Part shown: one piece after another, positions 1 through 11,527 of the stretch
Numbering within the stretch: the first letter of the stretch is position 1
Layout of the letters: every line of letters begins with the position of its first letter
NCBI RefSeq assembly: GCF_001194135.2
Contig: NC_068983.1
Coordinates: forward strand, 119,211,195 to 119,244,601
Length of the DNA: 33,407 nt
Direction of reading: 5' to 3'
Source: Octopus bimaculoides
Lineage: Eukaryota
Translations under genes and position numbers: made by a program
The notes under the pieces: model-generated
The model's input: only the letters and a program-made list of their open reading frames with translations
Databases searched by the model: none
Told to the model about the DNA's origin: nothing

Positions 1-1703
1 ACGAACGCCGATAAACAAAAATAACGTTATGTCCCTCTTTCGCGAGCTGACTTTGAAACCGTATTCTGGTTGTTCAGGACAGTAGTATTTCCTTTATCCT
101 GTCAACGAGCACGGTTATTTATAGCATAGGAATGTGATCTCTGACCTTCTCCTGTCATCGAAAGTTTAAAAAGCGAATAGGAACTGTACGAAACTGACCC
201 AGCTTTGGAGGGGGACGCAGCACTGTTAGGTACGGTATGCCGATCTTTCTGGCTGATTATCTGTCATAAATACGGAGCGTAGATTTGGGAATCTCAGTTG
301 GTTTAAACGCGGTCAGTGGGTCGAGAACAGCAGCCGGTGAAGAACGAGTTGAGTGACAGCAGCGGTCAGTGAAGATGGACACAGTGGTCGGTGATAGAGA
401 CTGACAGATAGAGACTGAGAGAGAGAGGGGCTGTTGACAGAAGTTACCAATCATCAAAATGGATAGAAGGCAGTCAGTGACTGAGAGGGTAGCCCGTAAG
501 AAAGGCAGATAGGAACAGAGCCAGGCAGAGAGAGAGACAGAGAGATGGAACTGTTGTGGCAGGCAAAGTGATGTAGTGGCAGATTGTAGTGGGCTGCGTT
601 GGTCAGTGCTTGTCGAAGTAGTGGGAGATTTGAAGGAAAGGAAATTCTTGTGGTGAAGATTTGTTTATATTTCTTTAAAGAAAATGTACTTGCGTTGTTA
701 TATGTTTTTGTGAAGAAAAGAAAGAAAAAGAAAAAGAAAGAACTCTTGTTAATTGTGATGTTAACTGGTTGAAAAGAAAAGTGAGAACTTTGTTGTTACA
801 TGTTGTTAAAAGAAAAGAAAATCAAAAGAAGCAGAAGAACTTTTAATGACACTTGATTACGTGAAAAGATTGTAAACTTTGTAATGTTAAATGCTTGGAA
901 ATTTTATTGTTAAATGGTACATGTGTTATTTCAAAAGCATGAATTATTGTAATGGAATGTTGTTTTGTTTTGTTTTGAAAAAAAAGTTAGTTTGATTACA
1001 CAACGTATGGTCTGTGTTATTTCTTCTTTTTGTTGTCATCGTTACGTGCTCNNNNNNNNNNNNNNNNNNNNNNNNNNNNNNNNNNNNNNNNNNNNNNNNN
1101 NNNNNNNNNNNNNNNNNNNNNNNNNNNNNNNNNNNNNNNNNNNNNNNNNNNNNNNNNNNNNNNNNNNNNNNNNNNNNNNNNNNNNNNNNNNNNNNNNNNN
1201 NNNNNNNNNNNNNNNNNNNNNNNNNNNNNNNNNNNNNNNNNNNNNNNNNNNNNNNNNNNNNNNNNNNNNNNNNNNNNNNNNNNNNNNNNNNNNNNNNNNN
1301 NNNNNNNNNNNNNNNNNNNNNNNNNNNNNNNNNNNNNNNNNNNNNNNNNNNNNNNNNNNNNNNNNNNNNNNNNNNNNNNNNNNNNNNNNNNNNNNNNNNN
1401 NNNNNNNNNNNNNNNNNNNNNNNNNNNNNNNNNNNNNNNNNNNNNNNNNNNNNNNNNNNNNNNNNNNNNNNNNNNNNNNNNNNNNNNNNNNNNNNNNNNN
1501 NNNNNNNNNNNNNNNNNNNNNNNNNNNNNNNNNNNNNNNNNNNNNNNNNNNNNNNNNNNNNNNNNNNNNNNNNNNNNNNNNNNNNNNNNNNNNNNNNNNN
1601 NNNNNNNNNNNNNNNNNNNNNNNNNNNNNNNNNNNNNNNNNNNNNNNNNNNNNNNNNNNNNNNNNNNNNNNNNNNNNNNNNNNNNNNNNNNNNNNNNNNN
1701 NNN

Positions 1704-2552
1704 TATATATACATCACTAAAGTGACTGAGGGCACTAGTCAGCCCCAGTATTGCTAGAAATAAGGCTTAAAATAACTCATAGCCACAAGAAGCACCTTAT
1801 TTCCTTATTTTAATGTCTGACAAGGAAGGCAAGCTCCCTCACCGCCTAGGCACAGCGAGATGTCAGTGATTTCATGGTACTTGTTGCACCATCAATACAA
1901 GCTTGAAGGATGAGAGAGTAGGACTGGCTCTGCACAATTTATGCCTACTATAATATTCATGAAGCATTCTGTTCGGCAAATTAAGACACCAGTACCAACA
2001 CCATCACACTTTCTTCATAAGTAAGAACACTGTACAATTGTGTCTTACCACAGTGCCTTGTCAGTCATTAAGATAACATGCTTCATGTGGCTATGAGTTG
2101 TTTTAACTCTTATTTCTAGCAATACTGGTGCTACTAGTGCCCCAGTCACTTTAGTGACGTATATATTTCTGCCTTTCGGTCGTAAAATTGCGAACAAGCC
2201 ACCATTATTATTTATAAATTTCACTTTTACCGATTAGGAACTCAGCGTTTGATTTCTACGATAATCTTATACTAATAAGGTGAGTTGAGTTTAACCCAAG
2301 GCGCTAGCTGTGAGTCACTGATGAGCATTACTATAAATGCGAATTCACTGTGATCTGGCTATGTCTATGCGCCGAGGGAGCTTGCCACCCTTTTCAGTCA
2401 TTAAGATAAGGTACTTCTTGTGGCAATGAATTATATTAACTCTTATTTCTAGCAATACTGGTGCTGACTAGTGCCCCCAGTCACTTTAGTGACGTATATA
2501 TTTCTGCCTTTTGGTTTTAAAATTGCGAACAAGCCACCTTTATTATTTATAG
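1704..2552 (+). repeat. Inverted plus tandem repeat array, probable PLE pseudo-LTRs
   Basis: 1704-1873 is the reverse complement of about 2343-2500 and of 2054-2166 (shared core TTATTTCTAGCAATACTGG...CAGTCACTTTAGTGA). 2061-2215 and 2394-2552 are direct repeats. The array lies just upstream of a PLE RT frame. Confidence 0.8.
2313..2360 (+). ncRNA. Type I hammerhead ribozyme motif (minimal, one core substitution)
   Basis: Stem I AGTCA/TGGCT, core CTGATGA (2318-2324), stem II GCATT-actata-AATGC, GAAT (canonical GAAA), palindromic stem III TCAC-T-GTGA, ATC triplet ending at C2355. Confidence 0.75.
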
Positions 2553-2819
2553 TGTGTGTGCGCGTGTGAACACAGACGACAAACACTATAACACACTAAC
2601 ATTCATACATGTACACACGCATGCGCGCGCACATAAGCACATACGCTCATTAAAGATCTGTAAATTTCTTTATCTTATTATTTGGATTATAATTTACTCT
2701 TCGCCAAACCCCCATTACGGTGTGGCCGTCGTGAAACTGGGATTTTTTATGCTTAAAGAATTCCGGCATTGGTCTGGAACACGACAGTGTTGACAGCCCA
2801 GTATTCGGGTTGCGTGCTT

Positions 2820-3494
2820 CTCTGGAAAGTAGTGAAAAATATTAAATTTCATAAATATCCAAATAGACATAATGATTATTTAAGAAATTTAGCCATTAAA
2901 ATTAAACAATTTAGAAATATGGATGGTATTATTGTACAATCTGATAAAACTAGGAACCTATATAAACTAGATGTAAAGCTATATGATTGTTTATTAGAGA
3001 AAGAAATTAATAAAAAATATAAGATAGTTCCAGATAATACTTTATATTCGATTAATAAGGCCTCTAAATTAATAATGTTTAAATATGAACTTGATAGTAA
3101 GACAGAACCTTATGTACCTATGCACCCTAGAATTACTTTAAAAGACCATAACGATAACTTTTATTCTGACCCTAAAGTTAGGCTTATTTGTCCTTGTAAG
3201 TCAGATCTAGGTAAATTAAATAAAATAATCTTAGATAAATATATTAATAAATTAAATGGAATTAATTATCTTAAATTATGGAATAGCACAATACATTAAA
3301 TTGGTTTAATAATATTAAAGATAAAAATAGGTATAAATTTATTCAAATAGATATTGATAATTATTATTCTTCCATAAACGAAATTGTACTAAATAAGGCC
3401 CTAATGTTTGCTATGAAGAAAGTAGGTATGACTTATGATGAAGCAAATGTAGTTAAAATGGCTAGGAAATCATTGATTAAATATGATAATAAAT
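2820..3494 (+). mobile_element. Penelope-like retroelement reverse transcriptase, frameshifted and truncated by a gap
   Basis: SDKTRNLYKL, ITLKDHNDNF, KVRLICPCKSDLGK, LWNST; after a frameshift near 3295 it continues LNWFNNIKDKNRYKFIQIDIDNYYSSI (RT motif with the first catalytic Asp) and on to the N gap at 3495. Confidence 0.85.
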
Positions 3495-4342
3495 NNNNNN
3501 NNNNNNNNNNNNNNNNNNNNNNNNNNNNNNNNNNNNNNNNNNNNNNNNNNNNNNNNNNNNNNNNNNNNNNNNNNNNNNNNNNNNNNNNNNNNNNTATATA
3601 TATATTACAAAAGTCGGAAGGTTTAAAGTTTCTCAAGTAAATACAAAAACATGTTTGAGGTATAAATGAGGTAAAGTTACTATATCCCAAATGGAAACCG
3701 GGTTGTGGTTTCGATTCCACGGAGAACCGTGCCTCTCGATACGTGACAACTGTTTTGTAAATAAAAGCGAATAATAGTTATTAGTTACCTATTTTATATA
3801 CAGTCGGAGGGATAAAAGATGAAGTCGACCAAACAGATTTTTAACTCATACCGTTAAAAAGAAAAGAACGATCATTAAAGTTTGTGCAGTGTTTTAACGT
3901 CTCAGCTGCTTCACGCCATTTTTTTAAAGCAAAACATCATTACTTGTTTGACCTTGTCTCCGTCATTTTTTTTTTTTTTTATACGTGAGAAATATTTTTG
4001 TGAGAGTGAGTACATATGTTTTTAATATTAACTCTTATCTAATAAGTGTGACCTCTATTTTGGCAGATAGATCTCGTATCTATTTCAAATATACGTCTAT
4101 TACAGACATTATTATATCTTCAATTATACATTTTTACTTTACAATATATAACAATAAGCAAGTACACAATATCTTCGCAGTATTATCTCTCGATAATATC
4201 TAAAAACTATCTCTGGTATGTTCCGTTAACGATTCGTGATGCGTGACCTCTAGCAATTCTGTTATTTATCTATTTATTTCTTAGAGGGAAAGACTAGGTA
4301 AACTATAACAACTAATATTTCTGGCTGTTATTTATATTTCAG

Positions 4343-4410
4343 TCGCCATGCTTGTACGAAATACTAATAAAAACCGAGAGTGGGAAGAAATATGGATCTT
4401 GAAATATTAA
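4343..4410 (+). CDS. Possible terminal exon of an unidentified gene
   Basis: Acceptor ttatttatatttcag, then phase-1 frame AMLVRNTNKNREWEEIWILKY-stop. No homology recognised. Confidence 0.15.
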
Positions 4411-4855
4411 TATCTTCCACACTGCCGCTGTTTAGTATAATGGTCCACGAAGGATGAAATACTGTGTTAACCCTTTCGCAACCTGATTCGAACTTATGAA
4501 TTACGAAAACTGTTTTTTTATCTGGAACCCATCATGTGCGCCTAATCGACAACGTTGATAATTACGTCTGTGTGTATTTGTGTGTGTGAATTGTAAGCTG
4601 AGAGTAATAGTGCCTTTGGTTACAAATTTCCAGCGTGCACGGACGACTGCGTTCTTTACTTAGACCTCAGATAGTGCAGCTATGCAGTTAGATCTAAGTC
4701 CTACCCTTACCAGCCACTTCATTGTTTTTTTTTTTTTACGAGGATATTTTCCAGCCTATGGAAACAACTTCTATGATTCTTGGAGATCTTACCTGACTCT
4801 CCACTGTACTTTTATCATCTGAAAGGCTAGAGAAACATTTGTAACCAGCTTCCTA

Positions 4856-4857
<2 letters not shown>

Positions 4858-4886
<29 letters not shown>
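4858..4886. repeat. (CT)n microsatellite
   Basis: Direct reading. Confidence 0.95.
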
Positions 4887-4890
<4 letters not shown>

Positions 4891-5786
4891 TAACTCTCCC
4901 CTTCTCTTTCCCTCTTTTCACAAGAAAGCTTTCGTAGTTGAATATCAATCCTATCCATCCTACCAGTGTAGATTCACCAAATCTGTTTTTCTTTCTAGCC
5001 ATCCTTCTCCTCCCCTAGATGATTCTTAGCATAAGAATAACATAAAAGCCTTTTAAATGTCACTCCGTGGAACCAACAACTTGGATAACCTGATGAAAAA
5101 TTGAAGATTTGTAATTTTCTCATCCATGTCCTGGTATGACATTTTTTATGTTCTGTGCATGACTTTAAACTGCATCCAGTAGTAGGACCCTAGTTCGAGA
5201 GTTCAAGGACTTTGAGGAGTGTATAACGACCTCTTATCCACTGTTGTACCCAGGCCTACTCTGACTTGGAATTGTAGCGCCTGTTAGGGTCCCAGCTATG
5301 GTTTAATTAGCATATTAAGGCTTGCCTACCTATGCATGTGAAGGGAGATCAGCATGAAATTTGCGTTTCAGTCTTCAGTTAGACATCATTTTATAGTAGT
5401 TTTATTTCTATTAACTACTGAGTCCATTTCATTGGTATAATTCACTGTTATAAACAGCAGCATTGTAAAAAATTAAAAATGAAATGTTTGGGGGTTTAAC
5501 GTAATGTTGCAATGAAATCTTCTTATGGACTTCGATAAGGCAATTAAAAAATTATACCAAGGTATTTCATTGAAAATAGGTCTTCGATAGTATCCGACGA
5601 ACCCATTATTATTACCAGACTAACCCAAAGTTTCTAACCTTAACCCAAAGCCAGTTTTTAATTACATTTTTAATGCGTTAATAACAGAGATAATAGTTTT
5701 ACTTTCTAATCAGAGTATGGTCTTTCTTGTGATTCTTCTAGGAAACGTACAATAAGAATTGCATCATTAACTTCTCTAATTCCACC

Positions 5787-5895
5787 CCCACACACACATG
5801 CATGCACACATACACACACACATGCAAGCACACATACAGTCACGCACACATACACACACACGCACACACATGTGTATGTATGTATGTATGTGTGT

Positions 5896-5988
<93 letters not shown>
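5787..5988. repeat. Compound (CA)n/(TG)n/(TA)n microsatellite abutting a gap
   Basis: Direct reading. Confidence 0.95.
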
Positions 5989-6349
5989 NNNNNNNNNNNN
6001 NNNNNNNNNNNNNNNNNNNNNNNNNNNNNNNNNNNNNNNNNNNNNNNNNNNNNNNNNNNNNNNNNNNNNNNNNNNNNNNNNNNNNNNNNNNNNNNNNNNN
6101 NNNNNNNNNNNNNNNNNNNNNNNNNNNNNNNNNNNNNNNNNNNNNNNNNNNNNNNNNNNNNNNNNNNNNNNNNNNNNNNNNNNNNNNNNNNNNNNNNNNN
6201 NNNNNNNNNNNNNNNNNNNNNNNNNNNNNNNNNNNNNNNNNNNNNNNNNNNNNNNNNNNNNNNNNNNNNNNNNNNNNNNNNNNNNNNNNNNNNNNNNNNN
6301 NNNNNNNNNNNNNNNNNNNNNNNNNNNNNNNNNNNNNNNNNNNNAATAT

Positions 6350-6434
6350 TTATTCCATTGGTCTTTTTGCCAAATTGCTAAGTTACAGGTACATAAACGC
6401 AACAATATCTGTTGTCAAGCGATGGCGATGACAA

Positions 6435-6476
<42 letters not shown>

Positions 6477-6653
6477 GAATATATATATACAGTGGGCTTC
6501 TTTTAGTTTCCCTCTACCAAATCCATTCACAAGGTCTTGGTCGGCCCGAGGCGATGGTAAAAGACATTTTACCCAAGGTACCACGCAGTGGGTTTGAACC
6601 CGGAACCATGTGATTGAGAAGCAAGTTTCTTTCCACACAGCCACGCCTGCGCC
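6350..6653 (-). mobile_element. tRNA-derived SINE, family A, with internal (TG)n tract
   Basis: Minus-strand A box TGGCTGTGTGG (6633-6643) and B box GGTTCAAACCC (6590-6600); body homologous to 8133-8470 and 27185-27445. Confidence 0.85.
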
Positions 6654-6670
6654 TATATATGTGCATGCGA

Positions 6671-6676
6671 GCGCGC

Positions 6677-6719
<43 letters not shown>
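6671..6719. repeat. (CG)n(TG)n alternating purine-pyrimidine tract
   Basis: Direct reading. Confidence 0.95.
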
Positions 6720-6720
<1 letters not shown>

Positions 6721-8132
6721 TTATCATACAAATCAATATTTGTACAAGATTCATTAAATAGACTAAACTAACAGCATTACAACTATACACCCTCCGTATG
6801 GCTTTCGAATAACTTTCATTTAGTAATATTTTTTGCTTTATTTTAACATGCATTCATTCGCTAAATTTATTACCTACAGTGTAAGCGATGAGTTCTTGGC
6901 GATACGAACCAACAACTGACCTGTCGGAGATATTTTTAGGAGCAATAGATTTTACGTTAGCACGTGGTAATCAATGTGCAGAAAAGGATTATAGTCCAAT
7001 AAACCTAGCCGCTGGTACTATGTCATTGTTGTTATTGTTTAGCCGCAGGTGAATCATAATTAAGCAGACTTATGATTGAAGGCTATCAGCCACCACCATC
7101 CTGTCTTTTTAAGAGTTTCTAAAATTATATTAACTAATGTATGGGTTGCGTTATCATACAATTGGATGTGATTTGATCAAATCTGGTTGTCGTTTCTAGC
7201 ATATCATGCATCCAACAGGGACTCCCATGTTGGCTTGTCTTACGTGAAATCACTTGTCAATGGACAATGAAACCACTTATCTATATTTCATAGACCTCGA
7301 AATTGTGAAGCAAGATTTGAACACAGAATAAGGTAGAACTTCAATCATTTAATATAATATTATATATTCTACCTCAGTACGTCTTGTAGGTCACTGATTT
7401 GTCAATCATTAGCATAAATCGTTAATGTTTGTCGATTGATTTCGAAATATTTTTAGATGACAACATGAAATGACACGCACACTATTAAAGCTTTCTCATT
7501 TCCTGCATTTATTTGCTAATATTGTTTGTTTTCCTTTTCTTTCTTTTTTTAAAATCTTCATTCAATCGATTTGTAACAGATGATCTGTCACTACAAATAT
7601 TTCCGTCAATTACTTCACCATCAATATACTTCCGTTTCTCTTTGACTGCTCTCAACCAGTAAATCCACGCAAAGTATATTCCTTCGTTTGATCAGATATT
7701 CATTTTATTTTATCTTCGTTGACTATTCCTTTCGAAAATCTCAATTTCCATTTACTACCAACTACTTTTGTGTCGATGGTTCATAGATTAGATCAACGAT
7801 TTTAGTCTGCACATACGTCGCATGGTCGTTCTGATTAACTGGTTCTTCATTTCGTTCAGCATAATAATGTGAAAATTAGTTTTCTATTTTTGAAACAAGC
7901 CAAATCGAAGAAATATTCATATCGCATAAATTTGGATATAGATGATTCATTGATAGAAGGTTCGTTCGACTTTTATAGTACTGCACAGTAACTCATTGAA
8001 CTTACAACACTATGATAATGATATTTCATCGGCCCTGGCAGGATGGGATGAAATGCAAAATTGACCCGAGATTTGAACTCAAAAGTTAGTGATTTCGTAC
8101 GATTATTCGGTACTGAAAAATATAAATTTTAT

Positions 8133-8470
8133 TCTTTTATCTTTTAATTGTTTCAGTCATTTGACTGCAGCCATGAAGAACTTTTATCCAAATGAATAGA
8201 CCACAGTATTTATTTTTTTAAAAACCCGGTACTATCAGTCTCTTTTACCGAACCGCTGTTACGGGAACGTAAATACACCAAGACCGGTTGTCAAACAGTG
8301 GTGGTAGACAAACACAAAAACAGGCTTCTTTCAGTTTCCACCCACCAAAGTGAATGTCTTCTACTATAGCCCAAAGTTATAGCAGAAGACAGTCGCTCAA
8401 GGTGCTATGCAGTGGGACTGAACTCGGAACCAATGTGGTTGGAAACTTCTTACCACACAGCCACGCTTGC
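8133..8470 (-). mobile_element. tRNA-derived SINE, family A
   Basis: Plus strand shows gcagtgggactgaactcggaacc...ccacacagccacgc (reverse of the head) and ttcagtcatttgactgcagccatg (tail); homologous to the other family A copies. Confidence 0.85.
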
Positions 8471-8822
8471 TTTGCAAAGCGATTTAACCCATAGAGAGTA
8501 TTCTTGATCCCTTCTTAGAACCCGAATTCAGTCATGTGACCACTACCCAGAATTTCTTTCTTTACTAGTTCACATCTGGAGCGAAAAGAAGGAAAAGGTA
8601 AAATTAATTTTTTTGGTGCTAAAAAGTAAAATTTTCATCCATTTATCCATACCAGTGCTTTAAAATTTAATTAAATTATTTTTAAAAGGTTACGTAATTA
8701 AGTAGACTAGCACCTATATATATATATATATATTTTTTTTTTTTTTGGTAGAATAAAGCTTCAATTCATTTTAAAAAAATTATTACCCAAGAAAACTTTT
8801 CACGCTTTCATTCACTCTCAGG

Positions 8823-9698
8823 ATGGCAATAGAGCCACGTAGTTCAATTTTCTCTCTACTTTCCCGGCCCTTTGCAACAAAAAGCTTCGCAGATATGGAG
8901 AGCATTATCATTCTTGGAAAAGAGAAGCCAAAGCTTGAACTGAAAATCACAACCAAAGTGGGTAGAAAGGAATGTCATTGTTATTTTGGTTCCAAGTACT
9001 ATGAATAGTACGAGTGGATGATGGGATGTCCCATCCTGAACAAAAAAAATTCGATTGAATCATTTTCATTTTTGGATGTCTATAAAAACATATTGGATTT
9101 AGATGGACTGAAATGCAAGCCGAAATTAGTTTGTGCCGCAGAGTTTGCAAAGCAAGTGTCAATCACCCAAGAAATTTCAGAAATAATACAGGAACTTGAA
9201 CTAAATCAAGCTCAGCCATTGACTACTGCTTTTGTAGGATATTCAAATGCATGAAACACTATCAACAATAGCAGAGTTGTCAGTTCATATAAGACTCACT
9301 TGATCACCCACCAGATTTTAGAAGAGTTAGGTTATGCAATACCACTGCAAAAGCTCCGGCTGAATTTAATATCAGGAGAAGAGGAGTTTGGAATATCAAG
9401 CGCTCACTACCATATGATGCTACGAGATTCCATAAATCTCATTATTTGTATGATTCAGCCAATAGGGTTGACAGGAAAGAAATAGAGCTTTAGAAATATT
9501 GAAGAAGTGACAGAGGCTATCCCAGAAACAAAAGAGAATTATAGGCATTGTACAGAACACAAGATCAGGAATAGTATGAGTTCGGAACAAATGGCTATCC
9601 CACAAGAATAACAAAGGCAAATGAGATGTTGTGACCAAAAAATACATCACATTGAAGGGGGAGAGCGTGCAAATAAAGCTGTAGAGTTGGGAAGCTAA
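8823..9698 (+). pseudogene. Degenerate coding sequence, possibly LINE ORF2-derived
   Basis: About 290 codons in one frame with only four internal stops. Weak RT-like (AAEFAKQVS...PLTTAFVGYSNA) and, in another frame, AP-endonuclease-like (AIDYCF...SLDH) strings. Confidence 0.3.
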
Positions 9699-9789
9699 TG
9701 TGTAAGGGTGTCAGCAAACAGGAAAGTTTTCATGGCGCGAGTCAAGTAGCGATCCCGCCAGAGACAGGTGTATGTGCTTCCATTCTCAG

Positions 9790-9877
9790 TCGGTATTAGA
9801 TGGATGGCTGTTTGGGTGACACTAGTGGTTGTCATCATGCCGAAGTTATGCATTCATATTGTATGTTTTGGCAGAAC
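9790..9877 (+). CDS. Candidate internal exon (hydrophobic peptide)
   Basis: Acceptor gtgcttccattctcag, donor AAC|gtaagt; the only stop-free frame reads GIRWMAVWVTLVVVIMPKLCIHIVCFGR. Confidence 0.3.
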
Positions 9878-10565
9878 GTAAGTCATTTCTTGCAGAAAAT
9901 GTCTGAAAGTCATCAGTATATTTGTTAACACACGGAAACCAAGATGTAACAGTATTAATGCAATGAGAATTAATATATAATTACATCCTGTTGTTTTCCA
10001 CAAGGAAAATAAAAAGAATGTGGAAGCGCAAAGGAAAGCTAATCTCACAGTGCAAGCAATATGCAAAATATGTAGAAGACGGGCTTGTTCATTCATTCCT
10101 TTAACAAAAAAAAAAAGAAAAATCTAGCAAATATCTTAGTAACTGTTACAAGTAAGGGAATACTAGGACGTTTGCTATTGTGTGAAACTTGACACCTTTT
10201 TTTTTACAGTATTTCTATCAGTATTGCATCTCTTCAGTCTTCTGGAACTGGCAAACCATTCTACACGTTGACAATGAATGTGACCGCAAGGTCAGCCCTT
10301 AAACACCCCCTCCAGCTTAATATTTGAGTGCTATTAATTCCGCCGGTCTTTCCTGAATTAATCTATTTAATGAGTGTATAATATGGACTTTTGCATCGTT
10401 AAACGACGGATGAGATTTCCGCAATTTCTTGCTGAAAAACTACATAGCTGCCTTGTTTATAGTGATTACATGTTAGTGTTCACATAAGCCCATTCCCTGC
10501 ATCAAATCGATATTACCTCTACAGGAACACAAATGTATTACGCGTCAGATATTGAAATGTTTGTA

Positions 10566-10681
10566 GAGCAATGTGAAAAAGAGTTTTGCTCAAGAACACA
10601 ACGCACCGCACGGTCTGAGAAATGAAACCATGGCCTCGCGATCGTCAGTGTAACACCATAACCACAATGTCGTGCACTTCA
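10566..10681 (-). mobile_element. tRNA-derived SINE head, family C (degenerate)
   Basis: Minus strand TGTGGTTATGGTG...GGTTTCATTTC...GCGTTGTGTTCTTGAGCAAAACTC: tRNA-like head followed by a conserved SINE core-like motif. Confidence 0.6.
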
Positions 10682-10687
10682 CTAGTA

Positions 10688-10722
10688 GACAGACAGACAG
10701 GCAGGCAGACAGACAAACAGAC

Positions 10723-10767
<45 letters not shown>
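10688..10767. repeat. (GACA)n/(GATA)n tetranucleotide repeat
   Basis: Direct reading. Confidence 0.95.
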
Positions 10768-11488
10768 CGCAGTACATATGCATGTGTACGTGTGGTATTT
10801 TTGCTTATGTGTGTCAAAAAGTAACTTAGCCATTGTTAAACAAATATCGATAAGATAAATACTAGGCTGAAATAATTACTCGAAGGGAGTGACAGAGCAT
10901 ACATGCAGTTCAATGTCTAAGACTACCAAAAGAGTAAAAGAATTATTATAGCATTCCAATCATATTTCATGAAGGTGAACATCAGCCATGTATTCTTTAG
11001 CTAAGTTTCTTCATACATCAGACATTGTTTTGGATTTCTCCTTAGAAAATGAAGTGAAAATATCCTAGACCACATAAATATTTCATTATCAATATTATCA
11101 CTATCACATTACGGGAGCAAAATCGCTCCTGACTTTTGACAAATTGGATGCAAATTGCAGATACACAGAAATTAAATTCGCATCGAGTAATAAGTTTTAA
11201 ATATGAAACTTATTGATCATCCTACCCTATTTCAACGATCGATACAAAATGGTTAGATATTCAAAATAACTCAGGCATAAACGTAAAAAGCTAAATAAAT
11301 GAATATAAATTTGTCTTATAAGAAAAATAAATAGCTGCACGAAAGAAAAAAGCTACACACTGGAAATATATATAGCATAAATTATAAAAGTATTTAAATC
11401 TCAACTCGAGAAACCAAATTTTTACAAACAGAGAGGTAAAGAGGAAAATAAAAATTATATCCGAATGTAAAGCAGTGTGGAAAGGAAG

Positions 11489-11527
<39 letters not shown>

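Noticed and set aside
944-1757. Long ORFs of 231-263 aa
   Set aside because: Artefacts of translating through the N gap.
5776-6478. ORFs rich in YI/HT/CV repeats
   Set aside because: Microsatellite and N-gap translations.
6590-6653. tRNA gene
   Set aside because: A and B boxes are present but continue into a SINE body; no cloverleaf acceptor stem.
9875-9877. 3-nt microexon (ggcag|AAC|gtaagt)
   Set aside because: The same donor is better explained by the 88-nt exon from 9790; cannot be separated without RNA data.
9865-9925. Minus-strand CTGATGA...GAAA hammerhead candidate
   Set aside because: Stem I and the closing pair of stem II do not form.
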